Assembly: GCA_951406725.2 (NCBI GenBank)
Contig: OX597833.1
Coordinates: forward strand, 6,696,001-6,760,000
DNA: 64,000 bases
Source: Octopus vulgaris
Taxonomy: Eukaryota
Direction: 5' to 3'
A program made the position numbers and the translations under genes. The notes beneath the pieces are model-generated. The model saw only the letters and a program-made list of their open reading frames with translations, did not search any database and was not told the origin of the DNA. Shown in pieces: positions 30,951-43,955 of this stretch; the first letter of the stretch is position 1, and the number at the start of each line of letters is the position of its first letter.

Positions 30951-31760
30951 CGGCAAGCTGGCAGAATCGTTAGCACGCCGGGCGGAATGCTTAGCGGTAT
31001 TTCGTCTGCCATTACGTTCTGAGATCAAATTCCGCCGTGGTCAACTTTGCCTTTCATCCTTTCGGGGTCGATTAAATAAGTACCAGTTACGCACTGGGGT
31101 TGATATAATCGACTTAATCCGTTTGTCTGTCCTTGTTTGTCCTCTCTGTGTTTAACACCTTGTGGGTAGTAAAGAAATAGATATTTCGTCTTCCGCCACG
31201 TTTTGAGTTCAAATTCCACCGAGTTCGACTTTCCCTTTAATCCTCTCGGGGTCGATTAAATAAGTACCAGTTATGCAGTGAAGTCGATGTAATCGACTTA
31301 CCCCCTCCCCGCATAACAGAAAGGATAATTAAGGCGGTGACCTTGCAGAATAGTTAGCATGCCGGACAAAATGTTGAGCGGTATTTCATCCGTCTTCGTG
31401 TTCTGAACTCAAATACTGCTTAGGTCAACTTACATCTCTTTTGGGGTTGTTAAGTCAAAGTAACAGACGAATGTAATCAATTTAACCCCTCCCCCTAATT
31501 TTCCGGCCTTGTGCCAAAATTTGGAAACCATCATTATATGACATTAAGGCGGCGAGTTGACAGAATCATTAGCAGAATGGACAAAATTCTTGGCGGAAAT
31601 TCGCCCGTTTTTATTCTCTGAGATCGCTTTTTGCAGAGGTTGACTATGCTTTTCATGCTTCCGGGGTTGATGAAATAGATACCAGTGAAATACTGGGGTT
31701 CAATGTACTCGAGTGTCTCTTCGCCATAAATTTCAGGTCTTGTGTTTAGAACAGAAAGGT
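30949..31760 (+). mobile_element. Cluster of SINE family B copies (dimer plus older copies)
   Basis: Repeated ggcgg..agctggcagaatcgttagc heads and tttcatcctttcggggtcga cores. Confidence 0.85.
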
Positions 31761-32527
31761 TCATTAACCCATTTTAACTCACTGTCCTCTTTAGAGGCCA
31801 TTTCCATTTGGTTTGTTTACTGCCATAAGGCTTAACTAGTCGCTTCCGTATGGTTGTTATCCCTATTAATATAACTATCAAAATTTAACCTGGGTTAAAA
31901 TGGGTTAAACGATGTTGTAGAGGGAGGGTTGGTGGGGAGGAAGTGCGGCCCGAAAAGCATTTACAGTTTTTAATTCTTTGTCTTCGTGTTTTGAGTTCAA
32001 ATGCAACCGACAGCAGCAAGTACCAGTAATAGATTAAAGACTCTAAAAGATCGGTTTTTGTTGTCATGGTGACAAAACATTTTATTGAATTTTCTGGGGT
32101 TTTTTATTTCTTCTTGCTTTTGTTTTTTGTTTTGATGTGAAATGGCGAAATTTTTGGAAACAGACGAAGGGGCCGGAAGCGATGCAGAGTGGAGGTGGGA
32201 GGAGGTGGAGAATACAGAGTGCGGTGGCAAGGGGGAATAACAGAGGGAGGCTGTGGTGGGGGGAATGCCTGTTGGGCTGGATGGGTGGGAGGTTAGGAGG
32301 GCGAGAAGGTGGGGGTGACGACGAGAGGTGGTTGCGGTGAGGAGGTATGGTGGTTGGGGTGTGTGGTGGCGGCGGGAGGAGGATGTGGTCATGGGAAGAT
32401 GTGTTGGTGTATATATGCGATGGTTCGAATATGCGGTGGGGGTGGGGCAAGGAACGATGGTGGTGATGGGAGGTGGGGGTAGAGGAAGAATCTGGGTGAT
32501 GAAAGACAGGGAGATGAAACGTCAACT

Positions 32528-32568
<41 letters not shown>

Positions 32569-32983
32569 AGAGAGAGAGAGAGAGGAAGAAGGAGAGAAAG
32601 AGAGAGGAAAAGCCAAGACGTCAACAAACAACTAGTTCTCGGTGGAAATTCCTGGTTTCCTTCAAACGGGATAGAATTACACACACACACACACACATAA
32701 CACACATTATGTGTGTATGTGTGTGTGTGTGTTTCCAGTCAGTTCGGTTTAGGTTGCAAAGTGCCAGATACAAAAACCAAGTCTGCTGCTGTTTTATAAA
32801 AGCCACCTGTTGTTGGCGAGTGACTTCTCTCGTAGCATTCCGACCGATCGCCTTCTTTATTTCTGTACAACTTTGGGTTGCAACAACTCTACTCACTACA
32901 CACACACACACACACACACACACCACAACCTTGGACTGCATTACTTAATTACAGAGTTACCCATTCACCCATAAATATAAATG

Positions 32984-33019
<36 letters not shown>

Positions 33020-33167
33020 AACCTGCCTGTCTATCTATCTGCCGGTCTGTCTGTCTGTCTATCTATCAATCCATCCATATCTATCTATCTGTCTATCAAC
33101 CTGCCTGTCTGTGTGTCTGTTTGTGTGTCTGTCTGTTTGGCTGTCTGTCTATCTATCTATCTATCTA

Positions 33168-33230
<63 letters not shown>

Positions 33231-33916
33231 GTCTGTCTGTCTGTCTGTCTATCTAACTATCTACCTACACTCACGCGCACACAAATATAAATATTGGAGT
33301 TGAAAACCATTTTGAACGGAAGAAAATCGAAAGCAGCCATGTTTCTTTCGAAAAGGGTTTTCAAAACCAATACTCACATTCCATTAGTTATAGTTTTTAT
33401 CTGCTAAAGACTTTGGGTCACAGTTGTACGTTTCTGCCAGAACACTTCAGTTCTTTCATAATCCTGTACACGAAGGATCCGGCCAACTTAAAAGAAATAC
33501 CAATACCGAATGGCATTGACGAATTTCCTTCATTCGTGGCTAGACCTACGTATTTGATGTGCCTTTGCATTCTTTGCGCTGGGCAGGAATCTACGATGTT
33601 GATGCTACCGATATGCCTGAAAGGGAAAGAAATGAGTCAAAATTCGTTGCATGGCATGTAAAGTGACGCTGGATCGTCTTTTGTTTATGATGTGCTAAAG
33701 TTGGCTCGAAGGATTCATGGCGCATAATGAATATTAAGTCGCAGAGGTGCGACGAAAATTTTGATAGCGCAATGAATGTGTAAATGAAATACAATTTAAC
33801 AAATTTTGTGTTGATAAAATGGTTAAAAAGTATTTTTCTGTGATGTAAATATTCCTGTTCCAACGCACGGCCAGACATAATTTCGTTGAATAATTACCAA
33901 TACAATGCATACATAA

Positions 33917-33987
<71 letters not shown>

Positions 33988-34181
33988 CATACATACATAC
34001 ATACATACATACATACATACATGCATGCATGCATGCATGCATGCATGCATGCATGCATGCATACATACATACATACATACATACATACATACATACATAC
34101 ATACATACAAACAGGCACATACGTAGGTATACACGGAAAGTGGATGAAAATGCACCATAACGATAAAATAATTGGTATATA

Positions 34182-34426
34182 CAGAAATCCCTCGCCATAT
34201 CGCGATTCAGCTATCACGGTTCACTTATCGCGGTTTATTATTTAAGCTTACGTCGATTCCTTCGTGTTGTTGTTTTGCATTTATAATAAAACAAATATAT
34301 ACAAATTATAAAAATAATAAAAGATATATATATATATGTACAGTACAATACTGTTTCTATTTCGCGGATTTTCACTTACCGCAGGTGATTTAGAACGTAA
34401 CACCCGCGATAGTCGAGCGATTACTG
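34182..34426. mobile_element. pogo/Tigger-like MITE
   Basis: Imperfect TIRs cagaaatccctcgccatatcgcg / cagtaatcgctcgactatcgcg, with TA on both flanks. Confidence 0.7.
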
Positions 34427-34549
34427 TATCATTCCGTCCATACAGATTGATAGAGATAGAGATAGGTATTTAGATGGAGTGAGTCAGAGAGACAGTCGGA
34501 TACGTAAAAAATATAGATCGATCGATAGATAGATAGATAGATACAGTGG

Positions 34550-34601
<52 letters not shown>

Positions 34602-34986
34602 CAAATATAGACAGACAGACAAACAGACAGGCTGACGAACACATGTATCTCCAGGGTGTTTAGAGAGGCGAGTACAATATGGGAAATATTTGGGCCATAT
34701 TATGATAAATGGGACACAGAATAAACATTACAAGTGTCAACTGTTTCATTGGCAGCCATCCATAACTTTGCTCTCCGTTCTTATTATACGCTCAGCCCAG
34801 TTGTCTCTCAAGAAAATCTGTTCGTTGCTCTGGCATGGTGGACATCTGTAATACATGACACACACACAGACACGATTAACGCGTGCATTATATATATATA
34901 TGTATGTATATATATATATATATATATATCTGTGTGTGTGAGTGAACATGTATGTGCTTGAGTGTGTGTCTATGTGTGTGTGCGTA

Positions 34987-35023
<37 letters not shown>

Positions 35024-35147
35024 CGTATGTTTCTATATATTTATATATGTGTGTGTGTGTGTGAATGTGTGTGTGTGTTTGTGTGTGTGTATGAATGTAG
35101 GTATATAGCTGTTTCTACATATTTATACTTACGTATATGTGTGTGTG

Positions 35148-35187
<40 letters not shown>

Positions 35188-35539
35188 TACATGGATGTAT
35201 ATCGAACGAATCAGAAATATAGTACTCAGTACATGATATAAAGCATATGATTTTATTGACAGTGAGTATTTATCTCGCGACTGGATCTTCACGCCGTTGC
35301 GATCATTAAGCGAGTTCTCGCCCGAAGATCACTCTCCGTTATATCTTACCTACCTACCTACCTACCTACATACATACATACATACATACATACATGCATA
35401 TTTGTATACATACACACATACATACATGCATGCGTATTTGTATACATACATACATGCATACATACATACATACATACATACACATCTATCAAGCTATCCC
35501 CTCTTTTTCTATATTTATATATTTATACTAGCATGCGTG

Positions 35540-35608
<69 letters not shown>

Positions 35609-35655
35609 TAAATAAATAAATGGAGCTGAACGAAGATGTTAATAAAATTCTTTTA

Positions 35656-35737
35656 CTTTCGACATATGTTTCGAAGACATCATGGTTTTATTCCAAAGGA
35701 ATAAACGGTGTAAAATGCAATCTTCTCATCAGGAAAG
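35656..35737 (-). ncRNA. Type-I hammerhead ribozyme with intact core
   Basis: CUUUC-CUGAUGA-GAAGA-(long arm with UUUAUUCC/GGAAUAAA hairpin)-UCUUC-GAAA-CAUAUG-UC-GAAAG: perfect 5-bp stems I and II, palindromic stem III, GUC cleavage triplet. Confidence 0.8.
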
Positions 35738-35913
35738 AAAGATACCCTCTCTTACTGCACATTAACCCGGAGTTTCTACCTTTGGATAGGTCGCTTCAAG
35801 CGTGTTTCTGACGTGAATTTGCTACCCTGGTAACGGTTGATTGAATTTTCCATGTTAACGGTAAACATAGGATAATTCATTCACCCATTGAAATATATAT
35901 ATATTTATATACG

Positions 35914-35994
<81 letters not shown>

Positions 35995-36029
35995 ATGTAT
36001 ATGTGTGTATATACATATATATATATATG

Positions 36030-36061
<32 letters not shown>

Positions 36062-36262
36062 TGTATGTATGTATGTATGTATGTATAAAGACATTTGTAT
36101 AAGGCATTACGTTGCTGGATGGAACCTAAGATATGATGATAATAAAGCATACTTCTTAAGTACTCTGTAAGCGCATGTAAGACCTCGGAGGTCGTTATAG
36201 ATCTGGACAAAACTCACAAGAGAAGGGCTGGCCCATCAAATGGAACCCAGGACTCTATTTTA

Positions 36263-37555
<1,293 letters not shown>

Positions 37556-37700
37556 CATACATGTATACATATATATACACATATCTATACACACATAATT
37601 AAAGAGTTAACGATTCACCGCTGTTTAATTATAAATACCAACTTTATATAACCAGTTGAGTGCTCTGTCCTTTGCACGCAACAACGCGCACGCTGCATGC

Positions 37701-37773
<73 letters not shown>

Positions 37774-38476
37774 TGTATGTATGCATGTGTGTGTGTGTGT
37801 GTGTGTGTGTATCGCATGCATATATGCGTGTATGAATGCATGTATGGATGTGTATATATATACACACACGCGCGCGCGTGCGCGCACAAAGAAGGTGAAT
37901 TGGTAAAACAAACAGGATAAATAAAACCACAATCCATGAATAAATACATTGTATTATCTTTAATCGGCAGAACTTCCAAGGTGGCTCAGAGGACCCATTA
38001 AAAGTACACCACACACATTAAACGCCATGAAGGTTCGCCAAGGACGGCGAAACTATAAAGCCATTCGCACCATCTATTATAAAGAATCTATTTTCTTGAC
38101 TCTGCCTTTCATATTGAGCACTCTATGTGTTAACGATTTATCAGAAATTCATATATACTAAAAACCGCAGCGAGAATCAGACTGTCTTTCCCTCATTGCA
38201 CTGTAGTTCAGCTTACTTGTTGACTCCTTGAGATTATCACATTTTTGCCGCTAAGTGTTTGTATGCTTTCTCTCGAAGCGAAATATAGGTTCAGTAAATG
38301 GAAGATGTTATTTAGAATGGTATTTAGTATATTTTGTAGAAATTCGTGGCCAAGTCGTTGGGGCGTTGCATTCACGCTCGTTGGATCGTGGTTTCGATTC
38401 CCTGTCCGGTTGGTGCGTCGTGTTCTTGAGCAAAACACTTCATTTCATGCTGCTCCGGCCCAATCAGTTGTAAATA

Positions 38477-38793
38477 GACTGGCTTTCCACTGGATTGTCC
38501 TTCCGATGGACTGGCCTTCCAATGGACTTGCCTTCCGACGGACTGGCTTTCCGACGGACTGGCCTTCCAACGGACTGGCCTTCCGATGGACTTGCCTTCC
38601 GACGAACTGGCCTTCCGATGGACTGGCCTTCCAATGGACTTGCCTTCCACTAGATTGGCCTTCCGACGGACTGACCTTCCGATGGACTGGCCTTCCGACG
38701 GACTGGCCTTCCGACGGACTGCCTTCCGACGGACTGGCCTTCCGATAGACTGGCCTTCCGATAGACTGGCCTTCCGATAGACCGGCCTTCCGA
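38477..38793 (+). repeat. 16-bp minisatellite (gactggccttccgacg), about 20 copies, following a tRNA-SINE head (38345-38475)
   Basis: Tandem units directly visible, with no spacers. Confidence 0.92.
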
Positions 38794-38795
38794 TA

Positions 38796-38828
<33 letters not shown>

Positions 38829-39459
38829 CGATGATGATGGTGATGGTGGTGGCGGTGGTGATGGTGACAATGATGGTGATGACGAGGATGATGGTGAGGA
38901 GGATGAGGATGAGGATAATGAGGATGAGGATAATGATGATGGTGAGGGTGGTGGTGGTGGTGATGGTGATAATGATGATGACGACGACAATGATGATGAT
39001 GATGATGCTGAAAATACCAGCCAATCATTGTAGATTTATAACTGTTACACTTGCCCGTCATTCATTAGTCAGGTGTGGCAGTGATTAGCATGAAATATTA
39101 ACCAAATTAAAGATATATAAACAAAATGTGCAAGAGTTCGATTCCCAGCAGGGTCGTTGTTACTTCTTTTTTTTTTATTTTAGGTATGTGTCTGTGTGTC
39201 CTCCCCCCACATGTGTACGAGTATGAGAATGCGTGTGTTGCTGTTTGTGTGTGCATTTGCGTGTATGTGTGCGTGTGCGTGTGTCTGTGTGTCTGTGCGT
39301 GTCTCTGTGTGTATGCAGGTGGGTGGAAGTGTATGTATTCGTGTAAAAATGTGTCGCTTACACATTGCCCTCACACACATCTTCAACCATATATACGCAC
39401 AGCAGCGCACACATACACACACTCCTATAACAGCATACCTACACCAGACACACACACAT

Positions 39460-39490
<31 letters not shown>

Positions 39491-39889
39491 CACATACATA
39501 GAGAGCGCCACCTACACACTCAGACACACGGACAGAAGCAGCAGGTTTATGGATGTCGAAGCCTCCAGGGAGATATCTATTAACACCAATGAGCGGTGAG
39601 TGAAAATAAAATGTGTGTATATAGCGTGTGTATGTGTGTGTGTATTTGTGCGTGTGTATGTGTGTCTGCGTGTGTGTGTGTGTATGTTTGTGCGTGTGTC
39701 TTTGTGTGTCTCTGCGTGTGTGTGTGTGTGTGTGTGTGTCTGTGTGTGTGTGTCTATGTGTGTGTGTGTGTATCTGCGCGTGTGTGTGTCTTTGTGTTTG
39801 TGTGTGTCTTTGTGTGCCTGCGTGTGTGTGTGTGTGTTTGTGAGTGTGTGTTTGTATGTGTGTGTGTTTGTGCGTGTGTGTGTTTGTGC

Positions 39890-39947
<58 letters not shown>

Positions 39948-40327
39948 GGAGATGGTAGAGAGAGAGAGAGAGAGAGTAGAAAGAGAGACAGACAGACAAA
40001 CAGACGTAGATAGTCAGGCATATATGCGGGAATGAGACGAAAGCAGAAAGGTAAGAGAGAGGCAAAGGTAACTTGTGGGAAAGAGACAGACAGACAAATA
40101 GAGAGAAAGAGAGAGGCGGGGGGAGAAATAGAAAGAGAGAGAGAGATAGAAAGAGAGAGAGAGAGAGAGAGAGAGAGTGTGTGTTGTGTATAATTTGGCA
40201 CCGTTTGATAATTTATTGCTGGTAAAAACTAACAAATGTGGGATGTGACGGTGGGGTGGTGGGTGGTAGTTGAATGGATCGAGGGTATGTGGTGGTGGGG
40301 GGGATCAGTAAGGGTCAATAAGGGTCG

Positions 40328-40371
<44 letters not shown>

Positions 40372-40536
40372 AGTGGTGGAGGGTAGGGATAAAGAGTGAG
40401 TGTGGCGGGGGTGAGGGGATTATTGTTTACAACTTTGCGCTCCATTAAACCAATTGGTCGAGATGATATTTAAAACATTGAAGTGTTTGTTGTTGTAGTT
40501 GTCGTTGGCGGTGGTGGTGGTAATAGAGACGGCGAA

Positions 40537-42365
40537 AGGTGGCGAGATGGCAGAACTGGTAGCGCTCCGGGCGAAATGCTAAGCAGTATTTAGTCTGCCG
40601 TTACGTTCTGAGTTCAAATTCCGCCGAGGTCGACTTTGCCCTTCATCCTTTCGGGGTCGATTAAATAAGTACCAGTTACGCGCTGGGATCGATATAATCG
40701 ACTTAATCCGTTTGTCTGCCCTTGTTTGTTCCCTCTGTGTTTAGCCCCTTGTGGGTAGTAAAGAAATAGGTATTTCGTCTGCCGTTACGTTCTGAGTTCA
40801 AATTCCGTCGAGATCGACTTTGCCTTTCATCCTTTCGGTGTCGATTAAATAAGTACCAGTTACGCACTGGGGTCGATATAATCGACTTAATTCCTTTGTC
40901 TGTCCTTGTTCGTCCCCTCTGTGTTTAGCCCCTTGTGGGTAGTAAAGAAATAGATATGGGCCGGTTTAAATGCTAAAGGGTGAAATCCGGTTTGCTTCGT
41001 TATACACTAAATTCCATCTGAGCGGAATGAAAAAACCACGTCGAGCCTGGTTCCAATTCAAAAACCGGAGAATGAAAACGAAACTGTGCTGAATATTTCA
41101 TTGAAAGATCGGTGCAACGCCTGAAATTCGAGGGAGGATATCATCGTTCAAGTGAATGACTGGAATTTTATTTTATCGATCCTGGAGGATTAAAAGACAA
41201 AATCGATTGCTGTAGGATTTGAACTCAGAACGCTGAAACAAATATTATGAGTCCTTGTTTTCACCCCACCCCCGCCTCAGATGCTCTAACGATTCTTATT
41301 TCTTTACTGCCCACAAGGGGCTAAACATAGAGGGGACATATAAGGACAGACAAAGGAATTAAGTCGATTACATCGACCCCAGTGCGTAACTGGTACTTAT
41401 TTAATCGACTCCCGATTGGATGAAAAGCAAAGTCGACCACGGCGGAATTTGAACTCAGAACGTAGCGGCAGACGAAATACCTATTTCTTTACTACACACA
41501 AGGGGCAAAACGAAAACATAGAGGGGACAAACAAGGACAGACAAAGGAATTAAGTCGATTACATCGACCCCAGTGCGTAACTGGTACTTATTTAATCGAC
41601 CCCGAAAGGATGAAAGGCAAAGTCGACCTCGGCGGAATTTGAACTCAGAACGCTAAGCATTTCGCCCGGTGTGCTAACGTTTCTGCCAGCTCGCTGCTTG
41701 AGGGCGTGAAACTTAGTCCATCGTCTTAACTACTCGTCTGCGATGACCAAGTCTAAGAATTCGTTCTAGTGTAGGTACAAGGCCTGAAATTTTGAGGGGG
41801 GGGAGACGATTACATTTGTACTTTTATTTTTCATCGACCTCGTAAGAATAAAATGCAAAGTCGGCCTCAGTGGAATTTGAACTCAAAGCATAAAGCCGGA
41901 AGAAATACCGCTAAGCACTTTGTCCGGTACATTAACGATTAACAACCCGAGGCCAGCAATCTAGAAGAGGTGGGGTTAGTCGATACTATTGACCCCAGAA
42001 CTTAACTGGTACATTATTTTATCCACCCTGAAAAGATGAAGAGAAAAGTTGACTTCGGTGGGATTCGAACACAGAACATAAAATCGGAAGAAAAGTGCCA
42101 AGCATTTTGTTCGACGCACTAACGATTCTACCAATCCACAGCAACAACAATAATGATTCTTTCACAAGGCCTGAAATTTCGGTGGGAGGGACTAGTCGAT
42201 CATATCGACCCCAGTGCTCGATTGGTACTTCTTTTATCGATCTCGAAAGGATGAAAAGACACGTCGATCTCGATGGAATTTGAATTCAGACCGTCGTAAA
42301 GACGGACGAAATGCCGCTTAGCATTTTCTCCGGTGCACTTACGATTCTGTCAGCTCACAACCTTC
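40537..42365. mobile_element. Dense SINE family B cluster (+ dimer at 40537-40955; - dimer at 41290-41700; older copies)
   Basis: Repeated diagnostic motifs on both strands. Confidence 0.88.
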
Positions 42366-42397
42366 GCCTTAATAATAAAATGACGATAATTTGTTTC

Positions 42398-42817
42398 GGA
42401 TCTTTTCGGTTTGAACGGCAGTTTTTTTTAATAATTTCCACGTAACTAAACACTTTTAAACTTCGCATACTGGTAGAATGTGTTTATAAAACATCTTTTT
42501 CTCCTGGCTTTATTGAGAAAATTCTATAGTCTGTAAGATATTTGTTGGTTTTTTTTCTTCAATTTCTGCAATTTCAACCAATCAATGACGTCTGTTGAGA
42601 TGAAAACATTCTGTGCCGTATGAATATGTCCCTCGTTTAAGAAACAGATTGGGTTTATTTACATTTCTGAAGAAAAAAAAAGATGCCCTTCCCCCCACCT
42701 ATAACCCTAACCCTAAAACAGATTGAAATGCAATAGATCGATACTTGGCTCATAATTATGGGTGACAATTTCATATGACACCGCTAGAAAAAACTGCCGT
42801 TCAAACCGAAAAGATCC
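42398..42817. mobile_element. 420-bp MITE with 30-bp perfect TIRs and 8-bp TSD (Merlin-like termini)
   Basis: TIR ggatcttttcggtttgaacggcagtttttt at both ends; TSD tttgtttc at 42390-42397 and 42818-42825. Superfamily is inferred only from the GG ends and TSD length. Confidence 0.92.
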
Positions 42818-43264
42818 TTTGTTTCTAACATTGATGCATGTGTAATGTTGGGAAAACAGGGCAAAATCGGTACGAATCTACCCCAGAATGGGGAAAGGAA
42901 AAGTTGTCTCTTGTAAAATTCGAACTTACAACGTAAAAGAGAGAGACTTTACACTATAAACGATCGAGTTTGCCATTCACGAATCTACTTAAATAACATT
43001 CACATCTGTGACAACAACAACAAAACTAACAAAACAATATGTTGAATTTAAATGCAAATTAGAACGATTAGCTCAACCATAATCTGTATATGTCAATATA
43101 CATTTCAACACACATACATATTTGTGTATGTTTGTATGTAGGTGAGAGAGAAAGAGAGAGAGATTAAAAGAAAAATTATAAATAAGAAATAAAATAATAC
43201 AATATCTTCTTTCAAAGTCGCATTCCCTGACAGGGAAATAAACTGAAGGTTTGTGTATGGAATC

Positions 43265-43909
43265 ATGTCAGTTCTTCTAAGAAATCCCACCCTAAATCAT
43301 CGACTGGAAGTGATTGTTCAACCACAATACTTCGAAGAGGCTCTTTCATGTCTTGTGGAATCAATCATATACGTAAGAAGCAAAGGCAAAATGGTACGGG
43401 ATCCAAAACTTGTTTATCGCGAAGACACGATGAAAACGGCCATGAAATACTGCACATCGTTTAATCTGCAATATTCTTGTAATGAATCGAGTGAACTTCA
43501 GAGCAGAATTCTGGACCAAATCCAAAGAATTCGGTGGCTTTGCTGCGTAGAAGGACAAAATGCAAACTGCAGTTTGAGCATGAAATTCTACAAGAATTTC
43601 GTCAGTCCAACTAAATTTAGCAGTGCTCTGCAAATTTTTGAAATATGGCAGATACGCATTCGAATAGTGACTTGCGCAGAGGCGGGACATTCTCAAAACC
43701 AAGTACAGGAAATGGTAAATACTTTAAGGGACTGTATATCTTATATCCACGAATGCAAATTTTGTATTTCCCCTTTATCGAACATTGATACTTTTGAAGA
43801 TTTGGTCAATATTCTTGACTTGGTATCCTTCACTGATGTTTCGTTGTATCATTTCTTCTTTGATCTTAACTTCCAAAATCCTGATGAAGATCAAAGCGTT
43901 TCGCAATAA
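43265..43909 (+). CDS. ATG101: ATG101-like HORMA-domain protein, highly divergent, CDS uninterrupted (214 aa)
   Basis: Only long non-repetitive ORF in the window. First ATG is at 43265 (aatcATG, A at -3). Motif pairs versus human ATG101 as I recall it: LEVIVQPQYFEEAL/LEVSVEGRQVEEAM, RSKGK/RSTGK, YCTSFNLQY/DCDFIDFTY, SSEL/SEEL, LSMKFY/MSLEFY, FEIWQIRIRIV/WEVWTVKVHVV, LVNILD..DVSLY/VDNVFD..DVQPY. Ungapped over about 172 aa with about 39 identities by manual count. The symbol denotes family, not proven orthology. Confidence 0.85.
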   Translation: MSVLLRNPTLNHRLEVIVQPQYFEEALSCLVESIIYVRSKGKMVRDPKLVYREDTMKTAMKYCTSFNLQYSCNESSELQSRILDQIQRIRWLCCVEGQNANCSLSMKFYKNFVSPTKFSSALQIFEIWQIRIRIVTCAEAGHSQNQVQEMVNTLRDCISYIHECKFCISPLSNIDTFEDLVNILDLVSFTDVSLYHFFFDLNFQNPDEDQSVSQ

Positions 43910-43955
43910 AATGATTTCTTTGAAGTTTCGGTTTTTGGTTTTATTATTTTGACAT
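43905..43955 (+). terminator. Candidate polyadenylation signal overlapping the ATG101-like stop codon
   Basis: cAATAAA at 43905-43910 contains the TAA stop and is followed by a T/GT-rich tract (tttctttgaagtttcggtttttggtttt). Confidence 0.4.

Noticed and set aside
38477-38793. CRISPR-like regular repeat
   Set aside because: No unique spacers, no cas genes, eukaryotic context.
42700-42717. Telomeric ccctaa repeats
   Set aside because: Only two to three units, internal to a MITE.
43361-43702. 113-aa antisense ORF
   Set aside because: Shadow of the ATG101-like CDS with no recognisable motif.
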